Positions 55,618 to 64,000 of a stretch of 64,000 bases of DNA are shown piece after piece (the stretch's first letter is position 1; each line of letters begins with the position of its first letter). Location of the stretch: positions 1,760,001 through 1,824,000 of the forward strand of contig CAVYSW010000003.1 in assembly GCA_963771275.1 (NCBI GenBank). Direction: 5' to 3'. The DNA is from an uncultured Gemmatimonadales bacterium. GTDB taxonomy: Bacteria > Gemmatimonadota > Gemmatimonadetes > Gemmatimonadales > GWC2-71-9. The position numbers and the translations under genes were made by a program. Below the pieces are notes generated by a model, which was not told where the DNA came from, searched no databases, and saw only the letters and a list, made by a program, of their open reading frames with translations.

Positions 55618-57272
55618 GCGCGAGGACGATCGTCCCGGCGGCGAGCCAGCCCGCGCTGCCGATCGAACGGCTCATGCTCGAAGAGGCACCGCAAGACGAG
55701 CGCATCGATCTGGACGTCGTGTTCGTCGGAGGCGGGCCCGCCGGGCTCGCCGGCGCGATCGAGCTGGCACGCCTGGTGCGGCGGGACAACGAGGCGGGAG
55801 GCGGGCTTGGGCCGGTCGAGATCGGCGTGATGGAGAAGGCCGCGACGCTGGGGGAGCACTGCCTTTCGGGCGCGGTGCTGAACCCGCGGGCGGTGCGGGA
55901 GCTGTTCCCCGACGCGGAGCCCGCCGCCCTGCCGTTCCACACGCCCGTCACGCGCGAAGCCGTCTACCTGCTCACGCCGCGCGGGGCGCGCCGCCTCCCC
56001 ACCCCGCCCACCATGCGCAATCACGGCAACTACGTGGTCTCGATCTGCGAGCTGGTGCGATGGCTCGGCGCGCGCGCGGAGGAAGCCGGGATCAACGTGT
56101 TCGCGGGATTCCCCGCGGCGTCCCTGCTGATGAGCGGCGCCCGCGTGATCGGGGTGCGGACCTCGCCCGCGGGGCTGGGCCGCGACGGCGCGCCGCAGGC
56201 GAGCTTCCAGCCGGCGACCGACATCGCGGCGCAGGTCACGGTGCTGGCGGAAGGCACGCGGGGGCCGCTGGCGCAGGCGTGGTTCGCCCGCCAGGGCCTG
56301 CAGGGTGCGAATCCCCAGGTCTACGCGCTCGGCGTCAAGGAGCTGTGGGAGACCAAGCGCCCGCTGAACCGCGTCATCCACACCATGGGGTGGCCGCTGC
56401 CGCGGGACGCGTTCGGCGGCAGCTGGCTCTATCCGCTGGAGCCGAATCTGGTGTCGCTCGGGCTCGTCGTGGGGCTCGACTACCGCGACGCCGCGCTCGA
56501 CGTGCACGACCTGCTCCAACGCCTCAAGCTGCATCCGCTGGTGCGGCCGATCCTCGAGGGCGGCGAGCTGCTCGAGTGGGGCGCCAAGACGATCCCGGAA
56601 GGCGGCTACTACGCGGTCCCGCCACGCCGCTCGGGCGACGGGGCCCTCGTCGTGGGCGACGCCGTGGGATTCGTGGACGTGCCGTCGCTCAAGGGCATCC
56701 ACTACGCCATGCAGTCGGGGATCTACGCCGCGCGGGCCGCGTTTGCCGCGCTCAAGGCCGGGGACACCTCGGCGGCCGGCCTGGCCGCGTACGACCGGAT
56801 GGTGGACGACTCCTACATCATGCGGGACCTCTACCGCACGCGGAACATGCGGCTGGCCTTCAAGGACGGCTTCTTCCGCGGGGCGCTCAAGGCGGGGCTG
56901 ATGACCCTCACCGGCGGGCGGTTTCCCGGCTCCCGGATCGCCATGGAGCCCGACGCCGCGGCCCCGAAGCGGGTGGGCCCCGCGACGCCGTTCACGCCCG
57001 ACGCCGCGCTCACGATCTCCAAGCTCGACGCGGTGTTCAAGGCCGGGAACGCGACACGTGACGACATTCCGTCTCACCTGATCGTCCCGCAGGCGGCCGA
57101 TCGGGACACGGCGGAGCTGTACGCCCATATGTGCCCGGCCGGTGTCTACGAGTGGGTGGACGGCCTGCGCGTGAATGCGCCGAACTGCGTCGACTGCAAG
57201 GCCACGGACGTGCTCGGGCCGCGGTGGACCCCGCGCGAGGGCGGGAGCGGGCCGGCCTACAAGCGGATGTGA
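55614..57272 (+). CDS. ETF-ubiquinone oxidoreductase
   Basis: VFVGGGPAGL, HCLSGAV, GAKTIPEGGY, KGIHYAMQSG, CPAGVYE, NCVDCKA and WTPREGGSGP motifs. Confidence 0.92.
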   Translation: MSARTIVPAASQPALPIERLMLEEAPQDERIDLDVVFVGGGPAGLAGAIELARLVRRDNEAGGGLGPVEIGVMEKAATLGEHCLSGAVLNPRAVRELFPDAEPAALPFHTPVTREAVYLLTPRGARRLPTPPTMRNHGNYVVSICELVRWLGARAEEAGINVFAGFPAASLLMSGARVIGVRTSPAGLGRDGAPQASFQPATDIAAQVTVLAEGTRGPLAQAWFARQGLQGANPQVYALGVKELWETKRPLNRVIHTMGWPLPRDAFGGSWLYPLEPNLVSLGLVVGLDYRDAALDVHDLLQRLKLHPLVRPILEGGELLEWGAKTIPEGGYYAVPPRRSGDGALVVGDAVGFVDVPSLKGIHYAMQSGIYAARAAFAALKAGDTSAAGLAAYDRMVDDSYIMRDLYRTRNMRLAFKDGFFRGALKAGLMTLTGGRFPGSRIAMEPDAAAPKRVGPATPFTPDAALTISKLDAVFKAGNATRDDIPSHLIVPQAADRDTAELYAHMCPAGVYEWVDGLRVNAPNCVDCKATDVLGPRWTPREGGSGPAYKRM

Positions 57273-57280
57273 TCGGGCGG

Positions 57281-58540
57281 TTACTCGAACGGCGGGTCCG
57301 CCACGTGGACGGGCTCGTCCAGCAGGATCGCGCTCAGCCTTTCGCCAACCGTCACCGCGTCGCGCGCGGCGGGAAGCACCAGCAGCGCGTTCGCCCGCGC
57401 CATCGACGTCAGAATCCCTGAGCCCTGGGGTCCGGTGAGCCGCGCGACGCGCTCGCCATCCTCTTCGACGACGACAGCGCGCAGGAAATGCGTCAGCCTC
57501 GCCGGGAAATGGAGTGGCTCGGCAAGGCGTACCGGCACCGTCCGCCGGAAGAACGTGCGGTAGCCGAGCAGCTTGCGCACGGCCGGTCGCACGAACAGCT
57601 CGAACGTCACCATGGTGCTCACGGGGTTGCCGGGGAGGCCGATCCACCGCACGCCGCCCAGGCGGCCGTACCCCACCGGCGCCCCCGGGCGCATGCTGAT
57701 GCGCCAGAACGTCAGGCTGCCGCCGGTCTCCTCGAGCACGCGCCGCATGTGGTCGTGCTCGCCGACGCTGATGCCCGCCGTGGTCACCAGCAGGTCCGCG
57801 TCGCGCGCGGCCCGCACTCGGCTGGTGATGTCCGCCGGGTCGTCGCGGGCGATCCCGAGGCTGACGGCGGTGGCCCCCGCCTGCCGGAGGCCGGCGAGCA
57901 GCGTGTAGGTGTTCGAGGACGCGATCTTGCGGCCCGCGCGGATCGCCGCGACCTCGTCGAGCTCGGCGATCTCGTCGCCCGAGCCGAGGATGGCGACCCG
58001 GGGCCGGCGATGCACCGCGACCTCCGCCATGCCGAGCGACGCCAGCACGCCGAGCTGGGCGGGTCCCAACGGCGTGCCCCGCTCGAGCGGCACGCTGTCC
58101 CGGCGGATGTCCTCCCCGCGGCGGCGGACGTTGTGCCCCACATCGCGCGGGTCGTCGATCCGGACCCGATCCCCGTCGAGCGGGGTCGCGTCCTCCTGGC
58201 GAATCACGCCGTCCGCCCCCACGGGGAGCGGGGCGCCCGTGAAGATGCGCGCGCACTCGCCGGGTCCGAGCGGACGGGTGGGAAATCCGCCGGCCGGGAT
58301 GGTCTCCCCCACGCGCAGCTCCACGGCGCCCGGCAGGGCGCCGGCGTCGCCGCTCCGGAAATCGGCGCCTCGGACGGCGTAGCCGTCCATGGCGGAGTTG
58401 TCCCACGGGGGCAGGTCGAGCGGGCTCCGCGCGTCCTCGGCGAGCACGCACCCGAGGGCGTCGGGCAGCGCGACCTGCTCCGCGGCGAGCGGTCGGAGGT
58501 CCTGCAGGATGGTCCGGGCGGCCTCTCCCGGCGATCGCAC
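57281..58540 (-). CDS. moeA: Molybdopterin molybdotransferase MoeA
   Basis: PPWDNSAMDGYAV, RIFTGAPLP, SGDE and GLPGNPVS motifs. Confidence 0.95.
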   Translation of the reverse strand: MRSPGEAARTILQDLRPLAAEQVALPDALGCVLAEDARSPLDLPPWDNSAMDGYAVRGADFRSGDAGALPGAVELRVGETIPAGGFPTRPLGPGECARIFTGAPLPVGADGVIRQEDATPLDGDRVRIDDPRDVGHNVRRRGEDIRRDSVPLERGTPLGPAQLGVLASLGMAEVAVHRRPRVAILGSGDEIAELDEVAAIRAGRKIASSNTYTLLAGLRQAGATAVSLGIARDDPADITSRVRAARDADLLVTTAGISVGEHDHMRRVLEETGGSLTFWRISMRPGAPVGYGRLGGVRWIGLPGNPVSTMVTFELFVRPAVRKLLGYRTFFRRTVPVRLAEPLHFPARLTHFLRAVVVEEDGERVARLTGPQGSGILTSMARANALLVLPAARDAVTVGERLSAILLDEPVHVADPPFE

Positions 58541-58542
58541 GC

Positions 58543-59076
58543 CTAGCCCTCGACCACCAGCGCCCGTTCCCAGGCGAGATGCGCGAGACTGGTGAACCAG
58601 GCGGTGTCGGTGAAATTGAAGACGGGGCAGGGCAGCCGCAGCGTGCGGTCGTCCGTCACCATCGCGATCCAGTCACCGGGCTCCGTGCGCGACAGGTCGA
58701 ACAGCGGCGTGGAGTGTTCGCTCTTGCGGTGCACTTCGATCTTCGGCAGGGGGTAGCGCTTGAATCCCTCGACCACCACCATGTCGGTGTCGAGAAAATG
58801 GGCGCGCACGAGGGCCAGCGGGTCGGCCGTCTCCGCAATCCGCTCGAACAGCACGCGCTGTCCCGGGGATTCGAGCATCGTCTTCACGACGCCCCCCTCG
58901 TGGAAATGGCGCCAGGTGTCCTTCCCCTCCTGGTCCACGATGGCGGGGTGATGGCCGTGCTTGATGGTGCCGACGCGCCGGCCGCGTCGCACGTACTCCT
59001 GGGCGAGCGCCACGACGAGCGTCGTCTTGCCCGCATTCTTCTTGCCGATCACCGAGATCACGCGCGTTGCCGCCAC
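58543..59076 (-). CDS. mobB: Molybdopterin-guanine dinucleotide biosynthesis protein MobB
   Basis: GKKNAGKTTL, IKHGHH, GKDTWRH and VVEGFK...PKIEV motifs. Confidence 0.92.
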   Translation of the reverse strand: MAATRVISVIGKKNAGKTTLVVALAQEYVRRGRRVGTIKHGHHPAIVDQEGKDTWRHFHEGGVVKTMLESPGQRVLFERIAETADPLALVRAHFLDTDMVVVEGFKRYPLPKIEVHRKSEHSTPLFDLSRTEPGDWIAMVTDDRTLRLPCPVFNFTDTAWFTSLAHLAWERALVVEG

Positions 59077-59675
59077 AGCTCCTCCGCCCGCACCAGGTCC
59101 TCTGCGGTATTGACGTTGAAGAAGAGGCGCTCCGGATCCCCGAACTGCGCCACCTGCTCGAGGGGCAGCGTGCCGACGCGCACGTCCGCGTGAAACCCGA
59201 TGGCGCGGTAGTCCTCGTCGTCCAACCGCCGCCGAATGGCCGGCTCGCACGCCGGACCATAGATCGCGCAGAGTGGCTCCACGGCGCGCCGGCCCGGACT
59301 TTGGGGGAGAAAGACGTCGTAGCCCTCCGCCTGCCGGATCAGCGCGGTCAGCAGCTCCTCCGACACGAACGGCATGTCCCAGGCGACGACCAGAGCGGGA
59401 CCCTCGCCGGCCGTGACCGCCGTGTAGATCCCGCCCAGGCTGCCGCACCCGGGCCTGACGTCCGGCACGGTGGTGAGATCGGGTCGCCACGCGTGGGCGT
59501 CGGCGGCGTTCGCGACGAGCAGCGGTGGTGCGCCGACCGCCGAGTGCACGGCGGCCGCGACTGTATCGAGGATCCGTTCGCCGCCGACGCGCTCGAGCCC
59601 CTTGGGCGCACCGCCGAACCGGCTCGCGGCACCGCCCGCGAGCACGACCGCGCGCACCTTAGTAGCGCCGTCCAC
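59058..59675 (-). CDS. mobA: Molybdenum cofactor guanylyltransferase MobA
   Basis: LAGGAASRFGG.PKG, GSLGGI, DMPF, EPLCAIY and FFNVNT.EDL motifs. Confidence 0.92.
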   Translation of the reverse strand: MDGATKVRAVVLAGGAASRFGGAPKGLERVGGERILDTVAAAVHSAVGAPPLLVANAADAHAWRPDLTTVPDVRPGCGSLGGIYTAVTAGEGPALVVAWDMPFVSEELLTALIRQAEGYDVFLPQSPGRRAVEPLCAIYGPACEPAIRRRLDDEDYRAIGFHADVRVGTLPLEQVAQFGDPERLFFNVNTAEDLVRAEELWRQRA

Positions 59676-60462
59676 GTTTCCGCTCCAGGACGATGTCGAA
59701 CCGTGCCACCAGGGAGAAGCTGTGCCTCGTGGCGGTGCCGGTCGGGGCTTCCGCGAGACTGCTCGCCGGCCCGGTCACCGTGGGGAAGAACAGCACGTTG
59801 TCGCGGATTTCGAGGCCCACCTGGTAGCCCGGACTGACGGGCACCAGCACCCCGAGCCCGACGGCGAGGGTCGGATGCAGGGCACTGTGGCCGGCGTCCC
59901 CGATGACGAGACGGGTCTGCGTTATCCCGTCCACATCCGTGAACCGGCCGACGAGCTCGACGGTGCTCGCGTTGCGCGTGGTGAACCCGCCCTGCGCGCG
60001 GAGATACGGTGACGCGAACCCCCCCGGCGCGAACCGATAGGTCCCGCCGATGGCGAACGCGATCGTGGAGGCCGCCCCCCCACGCTCCGTGATGTCGTCG
60101 CAAATCTGGAGGTTGACTGTGTCGGCGGGCGGAGCCCGATACGTGAGCTCGCAGCGGTCGTCCAGGCCGAACCCCATGAAGAAGATCTCGCCCGTAATGC
60201 CGAAATGCGGCGAGGAGAAGTAGGTGGCGCTTGCCCCGAGCGAGACGCCGGGTTCGAGGCTGCGAGACAGCCGCAGCGTGTCCGACATCGTGGGCTCTCC
60301 GAGCAGGGACAGCGGCTGTTTGCCGATCTGCCAGAGCGACGAGCCGGTCGTCACCCCCCCGAAGATCGTCACGAGCAGGTTCGGCTCCGCACGACGCTGG
60401 GCGGCGGCCGGGGCCGGCAGCAACGGCAGGAGCAGGGTCCAGCACAGCGCGATACGTGGCAT
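59659..60462 (-). CDS. Putative outer-membrane beta-barrel protein
   Basis: Signal peptide MPRIAL...AAAQ; SPYLRAQGG; C-terminal FDIVLERKRGRRY. Confidence 0.6.
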   Translation of the reverse strand: MPRIALCWTLLLPLLPAPAAAQRRAEPNLLVTIFGGVTTGSSLWQIGKQPLSLLGEPTMSDTLRLSRSLEPGVSLGASATYFSSPHFGITGEIFFMGFGLDDRCELTYRAPPADTVNLQICDDITERGGAASTIAFAIGGTYRFAPGGFASPYLRAQGGFTTRNASTVELVGRFTDVDGITQTRLVIGDAGHSALHPTLAVGLGVLVPVSPGYQVGLEIRDNVLFFPTVTGPASSLAEAPTGTATRHSFSLVARFDIVLERKRGRRY

Positions 60463-60470
60463 CGCCCGTC

Positions 60471-61226
60471 TCACGGATGATGGGTCTGCGGGGCGCCGCT
60501 CACCGCTCGCCCCACGAGGGTCATGCCGGCGCGCTGGGCGATCGTCCCCGCGAGGGTCGACGGCACGGAGGGGGTGGCGATCCAGGCCAGACGGGCACGC
60601 GCCGCCTTGAAGGCCAGTTCCGCGGAGATCCGCCCCGTCACCAGCAGCGCGCGATCGGCCACCGGTCGGCGCGCCAGCAGGGCCCCGCCGATCACCTTGT
60701 CCACGGCGTTGTGGCGGCCGATGTCCTCGGCATGGTGCAACAGCGTCGCGCCGTCGGTCAAGGCGGCGGCGTGAATGCCGCCGGTCGTCTGATAGCGCGT
60801 CCCGCGGGCGAACAGCTCCTTGAACAACCCGCGCAGCACGTCCGGCGGCGGCGGGTCCCCCCGTGGCGTACCGCGCGGGGTGGTGCTGGGATCCGCCAGG
60901 AACACCGATACCGCGCCGCAGCCGGAGGCCAGCACGGGTGAGCGATGCTCGGCCCGCACCGCAGCGAGCCGGTCGTCCGGAATCTCGGCCCAGAACCCGA
61001 GATCGGTGGCGCACGGGCGCAGCGACGTGAGGTCGCCCAACGACGCGATGTACCCCTCGCCGTGCAGCCACCCTACCGCGAGCTCCTCGAGCGCCTCGGG
61101 CGTGCACATCCACGTGACGGTCGGGCGGCCATTCACCTCGAGCCAGACCGCCACCTCCTCCACGAGCGCGGGCTCGGGCCCGCGACCCCGCCGCATCGCG
61201 ACCACGGCCCGCTCAGGCTTCGCCAC
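60471..61226 (-). CDS. fdhD: Formate dehydrogenase accessory sulfurtransferase FdhD
   Basis: MCTP, SGCG, TGGIHAAAL, EDIGRHNAVDKVIG and TGRIS motifs. Confidence 0.92.
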   Translation of the reverse strand: MAKPERAVVAMRRGRGPEPALVEEVAVWLEVNGRPTVTWMCTPEALEELAVGWLHGEGYIASLGDLTSLRPCATDLGFWAEIPDDRLAAVRAEHRSPVLASGCGAVSVFLADPSTTPRGTPRGDPPPPDVLRGLFKELFARGTRYQTTGGIHAAALTDGATLLHHAEDIGRHNAVDKVIGGALLARRPVADRALLVTGRISAELAFKAARARLAWIATPSVPSTLAGTIAQRAGMTLVGRAVSGAPQTHHP

Positions 61227-61638
61227 GGTACTCGGCGGAGAGGTCGTCGTCCTCCGCGATCCGCACCGCCTCGAGCCGGACCCCCGCCGGCAGGCGTGGT
61301 TGCACGCGCCGCCAGACGTACACGGCCAGCGCCTCGGCGGTGGGGATCTGGCGTCCGAAGGCGAACTCCGGAACGTCGTGGTTGAGATGCCGGTGATCGA
61401 GCGGCTGCCGGACCTGCTCATCCAGCAGGCGGTCGAGCAGCACGAGATCCACGAGCATCCCCGTCTCCTCGGAAACCGATCCCGCCACGGTCACCGCGCA
61501 ACGGTAGTTGTGGCCGTGGCCGTGCTCCCGCGCGCAGGCACCGAACACCGCGGCGTTGCGCTCCTCCGGCCACTCGGGGCGGTGGTAGCGGTGGGCCGCG
61601 CTGAAGCGGACCGTGCGGGTGAGTCGGGCCGTGGCCAT
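61213..61638 (-). CDS. queD: 6-carboxytetrahydropterin/6-pyruvoyl-tetrahydropterin synthase
   Basis: FSAAHRY, HGHGHNY, ETGM, LDHRHLN and PTAE motifs. Confidence 0.85.
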   Translation of the reverse strand: MATARLTRTVRFSAAHRYHRPEWPEERNAAVFGACAREHGHGHNYRCAVTVAGSVSEETGMLVDLVLLDRLLDEQVRQPLDHRHLNHDVPEFAFGRQIPTAEALAVYVWRRVQPRLPAGVRLEAVRIAEDDDLSAEYRGEA

Positions 61639-61659
61639 GCTCGGGAATCTACCGCTCGA

Positions 61660-62658
61660 TCAGAACAGCCGCACGGCCATTGCCTTGATGCTGAACACGA
61701 CCGGCGAGCCGATCGAGATTCCCAGCTCGGCGAGCGCGACCGGGGTGATCTGGGCCACCAGCTCCACGCCCACATCCGCCGTGAGCCGCACGTGCCCGCG
61801 CCCGTCGTCGCTGATCCTCACGACCCGGCCGGGGAAGCTGTTCCGGACGCTCGAGTGGAGCGGCGCCGCGCTCACCACGATGTCGTCCGGCGGAATCGCC
61901 AGCGTGGCCGGCCCGGCGCGATCGGTCACCACCGTGAGCACCAGCGGGCCTGCATGGACCTGGCGGGGACCCGAGCCCGGCGGGAGGTCGACGCGAAACA
62001 GGTTCTCGGGGGTGACCGGCGTGAGGCGCCCGTCCGCCAGCGCCAGCACCCGGGATGACCAGCGGTACGCGTCCTCGAGCTGATGCGACGCCAGACACGT
62101 TGTGATGTCCTGCGCCTCGAGGTAGGCGAGCACCTCCCCCAAGGCGCTGCGCGCCGCAGGATCACCGGCGCTCGCCGGCTCGTCGAGCAGCAGCACGCGC
62201 GGGGCGAGCAGCAACGCGCGGGCGATCGCGACCCGCTGGACCTGACCCACGCTGAGCGTCCGCGCCCGGCGGTCGGCGAGGTCACCTGCGCCGACCCGCT
62301 CCAGCGCCTGCCGCAGCTGCTGCCGCTCGGCGGCGCGCGTGCGGCGTCCCGCCAGCGTGAGTCCGTACACGAGGTTCTCGCCGACCGTCATGTCGAACAG
62401 CAGGGGCTGTTGCTCGACCAGGGTGACGAGCCGCCGGGCGCGCCGTCGCTCGCGTGCCGTCACCACCGGGCGTCCGTCGAGCGCGATCTCCCCGCGCGTC
62501 GGGCGCTCGACGAAGCTCATCAGCCGGAGCAGCGTGCTCTTGCCCGAGCCGTTCGGGCCGACGAGCCCCGTGACCGTCCCGGGCTCGAGCGCTGCGGCCT
62601 CGATCGCGAGCACCAGCCGGCTCCCGTAGCGGTGCTCGAGGCGCTGGACGCTAAGCAT
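61660..62658 (-). CDS. Tungstate/molybdate ABC transporter ATP-binding protein with C-terminal TOBE domain
   Basis: GPNGSGKST, LSVGQ, LLLDEP and HSSVRNSFPG...IKAMAV motifs. Confidence 0.88.
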   Translation of the reverse strand: MLSVQRLEHRYGSRLVLAIEAAALEPGTVTGLVGPNGSGKSTLLRLMSFVERPTRGEIALDGRPVVTARERRRARRLVTLVEQQPLLFDMTVGENLVYGLTLAGRRTRAAERQQLRQALERVGAGDLADRRARTLSVGQVQRVAIARALLLAPRVLLLDEPASAGDPAARSALGEVLAYLEAQDITTCLASHQLEDAYRWSSRVLALADGRLTPVTPENLFRVDLPPGSGPRQVHAGPLVLTVVTDRAGPATLAIPPDDIVVSAAPLHSSVRNSFPGRVVRISDDGRGHVRLTADVGVELVAQITPVALAELGISIGSPVVFSIKAMAVRLF

Positions 62659-63340
62659 CGCCGCGACCCTGCAGCATGTGCAGCAGCACGTTCACCGTGA
62701 GGGCGAGTCCCAGCAGCAGCAGCCCGAGCGCGATCGCCAGCGCGAAGTCCCCCTGCGAGGTCGCGAGGGTCACGGCGGTCGTCAGGGTACGCGTGCTGTA
62801 GCGGATGTTGCCACCGACGATCAGTGCCGCCCCGACCTCCGCCAGGACCCGCCCGAACGAGACCACCAGGGCCGTGAGCAGGGCGAATCGGGCCTCCCGC
62901 GCCACGGTCCAGTGGACGCGCCATCCGCGACCGCCGAGCGTGAGCGCGGTGCGACGGACCCGCGGGTCGACGCCCTGAACGGCGGCCGCCGTGAGCGCGG
63001 CCGCGATCGGCGCCGCGAGCAGCACCTCGGCGATGACGATGGCCCACCAGGTGTACAGCAGGCCGAGCCCGCCGAGTGGGCCGCTCCGGGCGAACAGGCC
63101 CCACACGAGCACGCCGATCACGACGGACGGGAACGCCAGCATGGTGTTGAGCGCGGTGATCAAGGCGCGACGACCCCAGAACCGCGTCGTCCCGACCCAG
63201 AAGCCGAGGGGAATGCCGACGAGCGAGGCGAGGAGGGTGGCGGCGAGGGCGACGCGGAGCGACAGGGCCGCGATGCTGAAGATCTCCGGGTCGCCACCCA
63301 CCAGCAGTGCGACCCCGCGTCGCAGGCCGTCAGCGAACAC
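62651..63340 (-). CDS. tupB: Tungstate ABC transporter permease (TupB-like)
   Basis: RSGPLGGLGLLYT and FGRVLAEVGAALIVGGNIRYSTRTLTTA motifs. Confidence 0.85.
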   Translation of the reverse strand: MFADGLRRGVALLVGGDPEIFSIAALSLRVALAATLLASLVGIPLGFWVGTTRFWGRRALITALNTMLAFPSVVIGVLVWGLFARSGPLGGLGLLYTWWAIVIAEVLLAAPIAAALTAAAVQGVDPRVRRTALTLGGRGWRVHWTVAREARFALLTALVVSFGRVLAEVGAALIVGGNIRYSTRTLTTAVTLATSQGDFALAIALGLLLLGLALTVNVLLHMLQGRGDA

Positions 63341-63349
63341 AGGGCCCGA

Positions 63350-64000
63350 TCAGAGTCTGAACGCGAACCCCAGGCCGATCTGCAGACTCGGATGCGCCGT
63401 CCACTCGGACGTGGAATTGACCGCCGGGTCGAGCAGCGGCGCGGCGTCCGGCACGCCCGTCGGCGTTTCGAAGAAGCTGGTCGGGTACTTGAGCTGCCAG
63501 AACAGCAGCCGTCCTTCCAGCCGCACGAACACCGATTGGCTGGCGTAGAACCGCAGCCCGAGGTGCGGCCCGCTGAGAAACTTGGTCTTGATGCGGAAGC
63601 CGGAGGAGTCGGCCGGCACCGTCTGGCCGAAGGCCAGCCCGAGCGTGGCGCCGAGGTACGGCGCGAGCCCCTTCCACGTCTTGTCGCCCGTGAGCAGAAT
63701 CGAGAGGCCACTCTCGACGATCACCACCGACTGGCGCACCGGGCCCGTCAGCTGTGCGTCCGGTGCGGCGGAGGGATGGGGTACCATCCGCTGCAGGCGG
63801 TTCCAGGTCAGGCCGAGCGTGAGATCCGTCGGGCCGGTCAGGCGCATGTCGTAGCGCACGCCCGCCAGGTAGCCGTCGGCCGGCCCGACCCCGACCTTGC
63901 CGCCCGACCCGGCGAGGTAGCCGCCGACCACGGTGACCCCGCTGCGGATGGTGATTGGATGGAACGGCGAATGCGCGGGATCGTGCCCGACCTGCCCCGC
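63350..64000 (-). CDS. Putative outer-membrane beta-barrel protein (5' end beyond the window)
   Basis: KTWKGLAPYLG, alternating strands and terminal IGLGFAFRL; frame open to the window edge (QVGHDPAHSPF). Confidence 0.65.
   Translation of the reverse strand, partial: AGQVGHDPAHSPFHPITIRSGVTVVGGYLAGSGGKVGVGPADGYLAGVRYDMRLTGPTDLTLGLTWNRLQRMVPHPSAAPDAQLTGPVRQSVVIVESGLSILLTGDKTWKGLAPYLGATLGLAFGQTVPADSSGFRIKTKFLSGPHLGLRFYASQSVFVRLEGRLLFWQLKYPTSFFETPTGVPDAAPLLDPAVNSTSEWTAHPSLQIGLGFAFRL

Overview
High-GC bacterial chromosomal window, most consistent with Gemmatimonadota (inferred from GWxTD/TPR proteins, 'RDSAGV' six-bladed propeller lipoproteins and gene content). Mostly housekeeping and envelope genes: amino-acid transporters, a MacAB-like exporter lacking its ATPase, MoxR, the F0+delta half of ATP synthase, TPM/NTase/LemA, metabolic enzymes, ETF/ETF-QO and a Moco/tungstate cluster. 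Two regions stand out. (1) 32.2-36.6 kb: a four-gene signalling cassette (small PCPPxC-terminated protein, polytopic membrane protein, single-TM histidine kinase, NarL/LuxR regulator) preceded by four tandem 24-bp units, each holding a 7-2-7 palindrome, and divergent from a PAS hybrid kinase. (2) 36.7-48.7 kb: an accessory region with a DNRLRE-subtilase, a GWxTD protein, beta-propeller genes, a duplicated MNT-HEPN toxin-antitoxin module and two decayed copies of the 3' end of the flanking S9 peptidase gene. These copies look like scars of repeated insertion at one site, yet no integrase is visible. A near-consensus Rex operator overlaps the atp promoter. No rRNA, tRNA, CRISPR array or transposase was recognised. 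All calls are by eye; no database searches were run.
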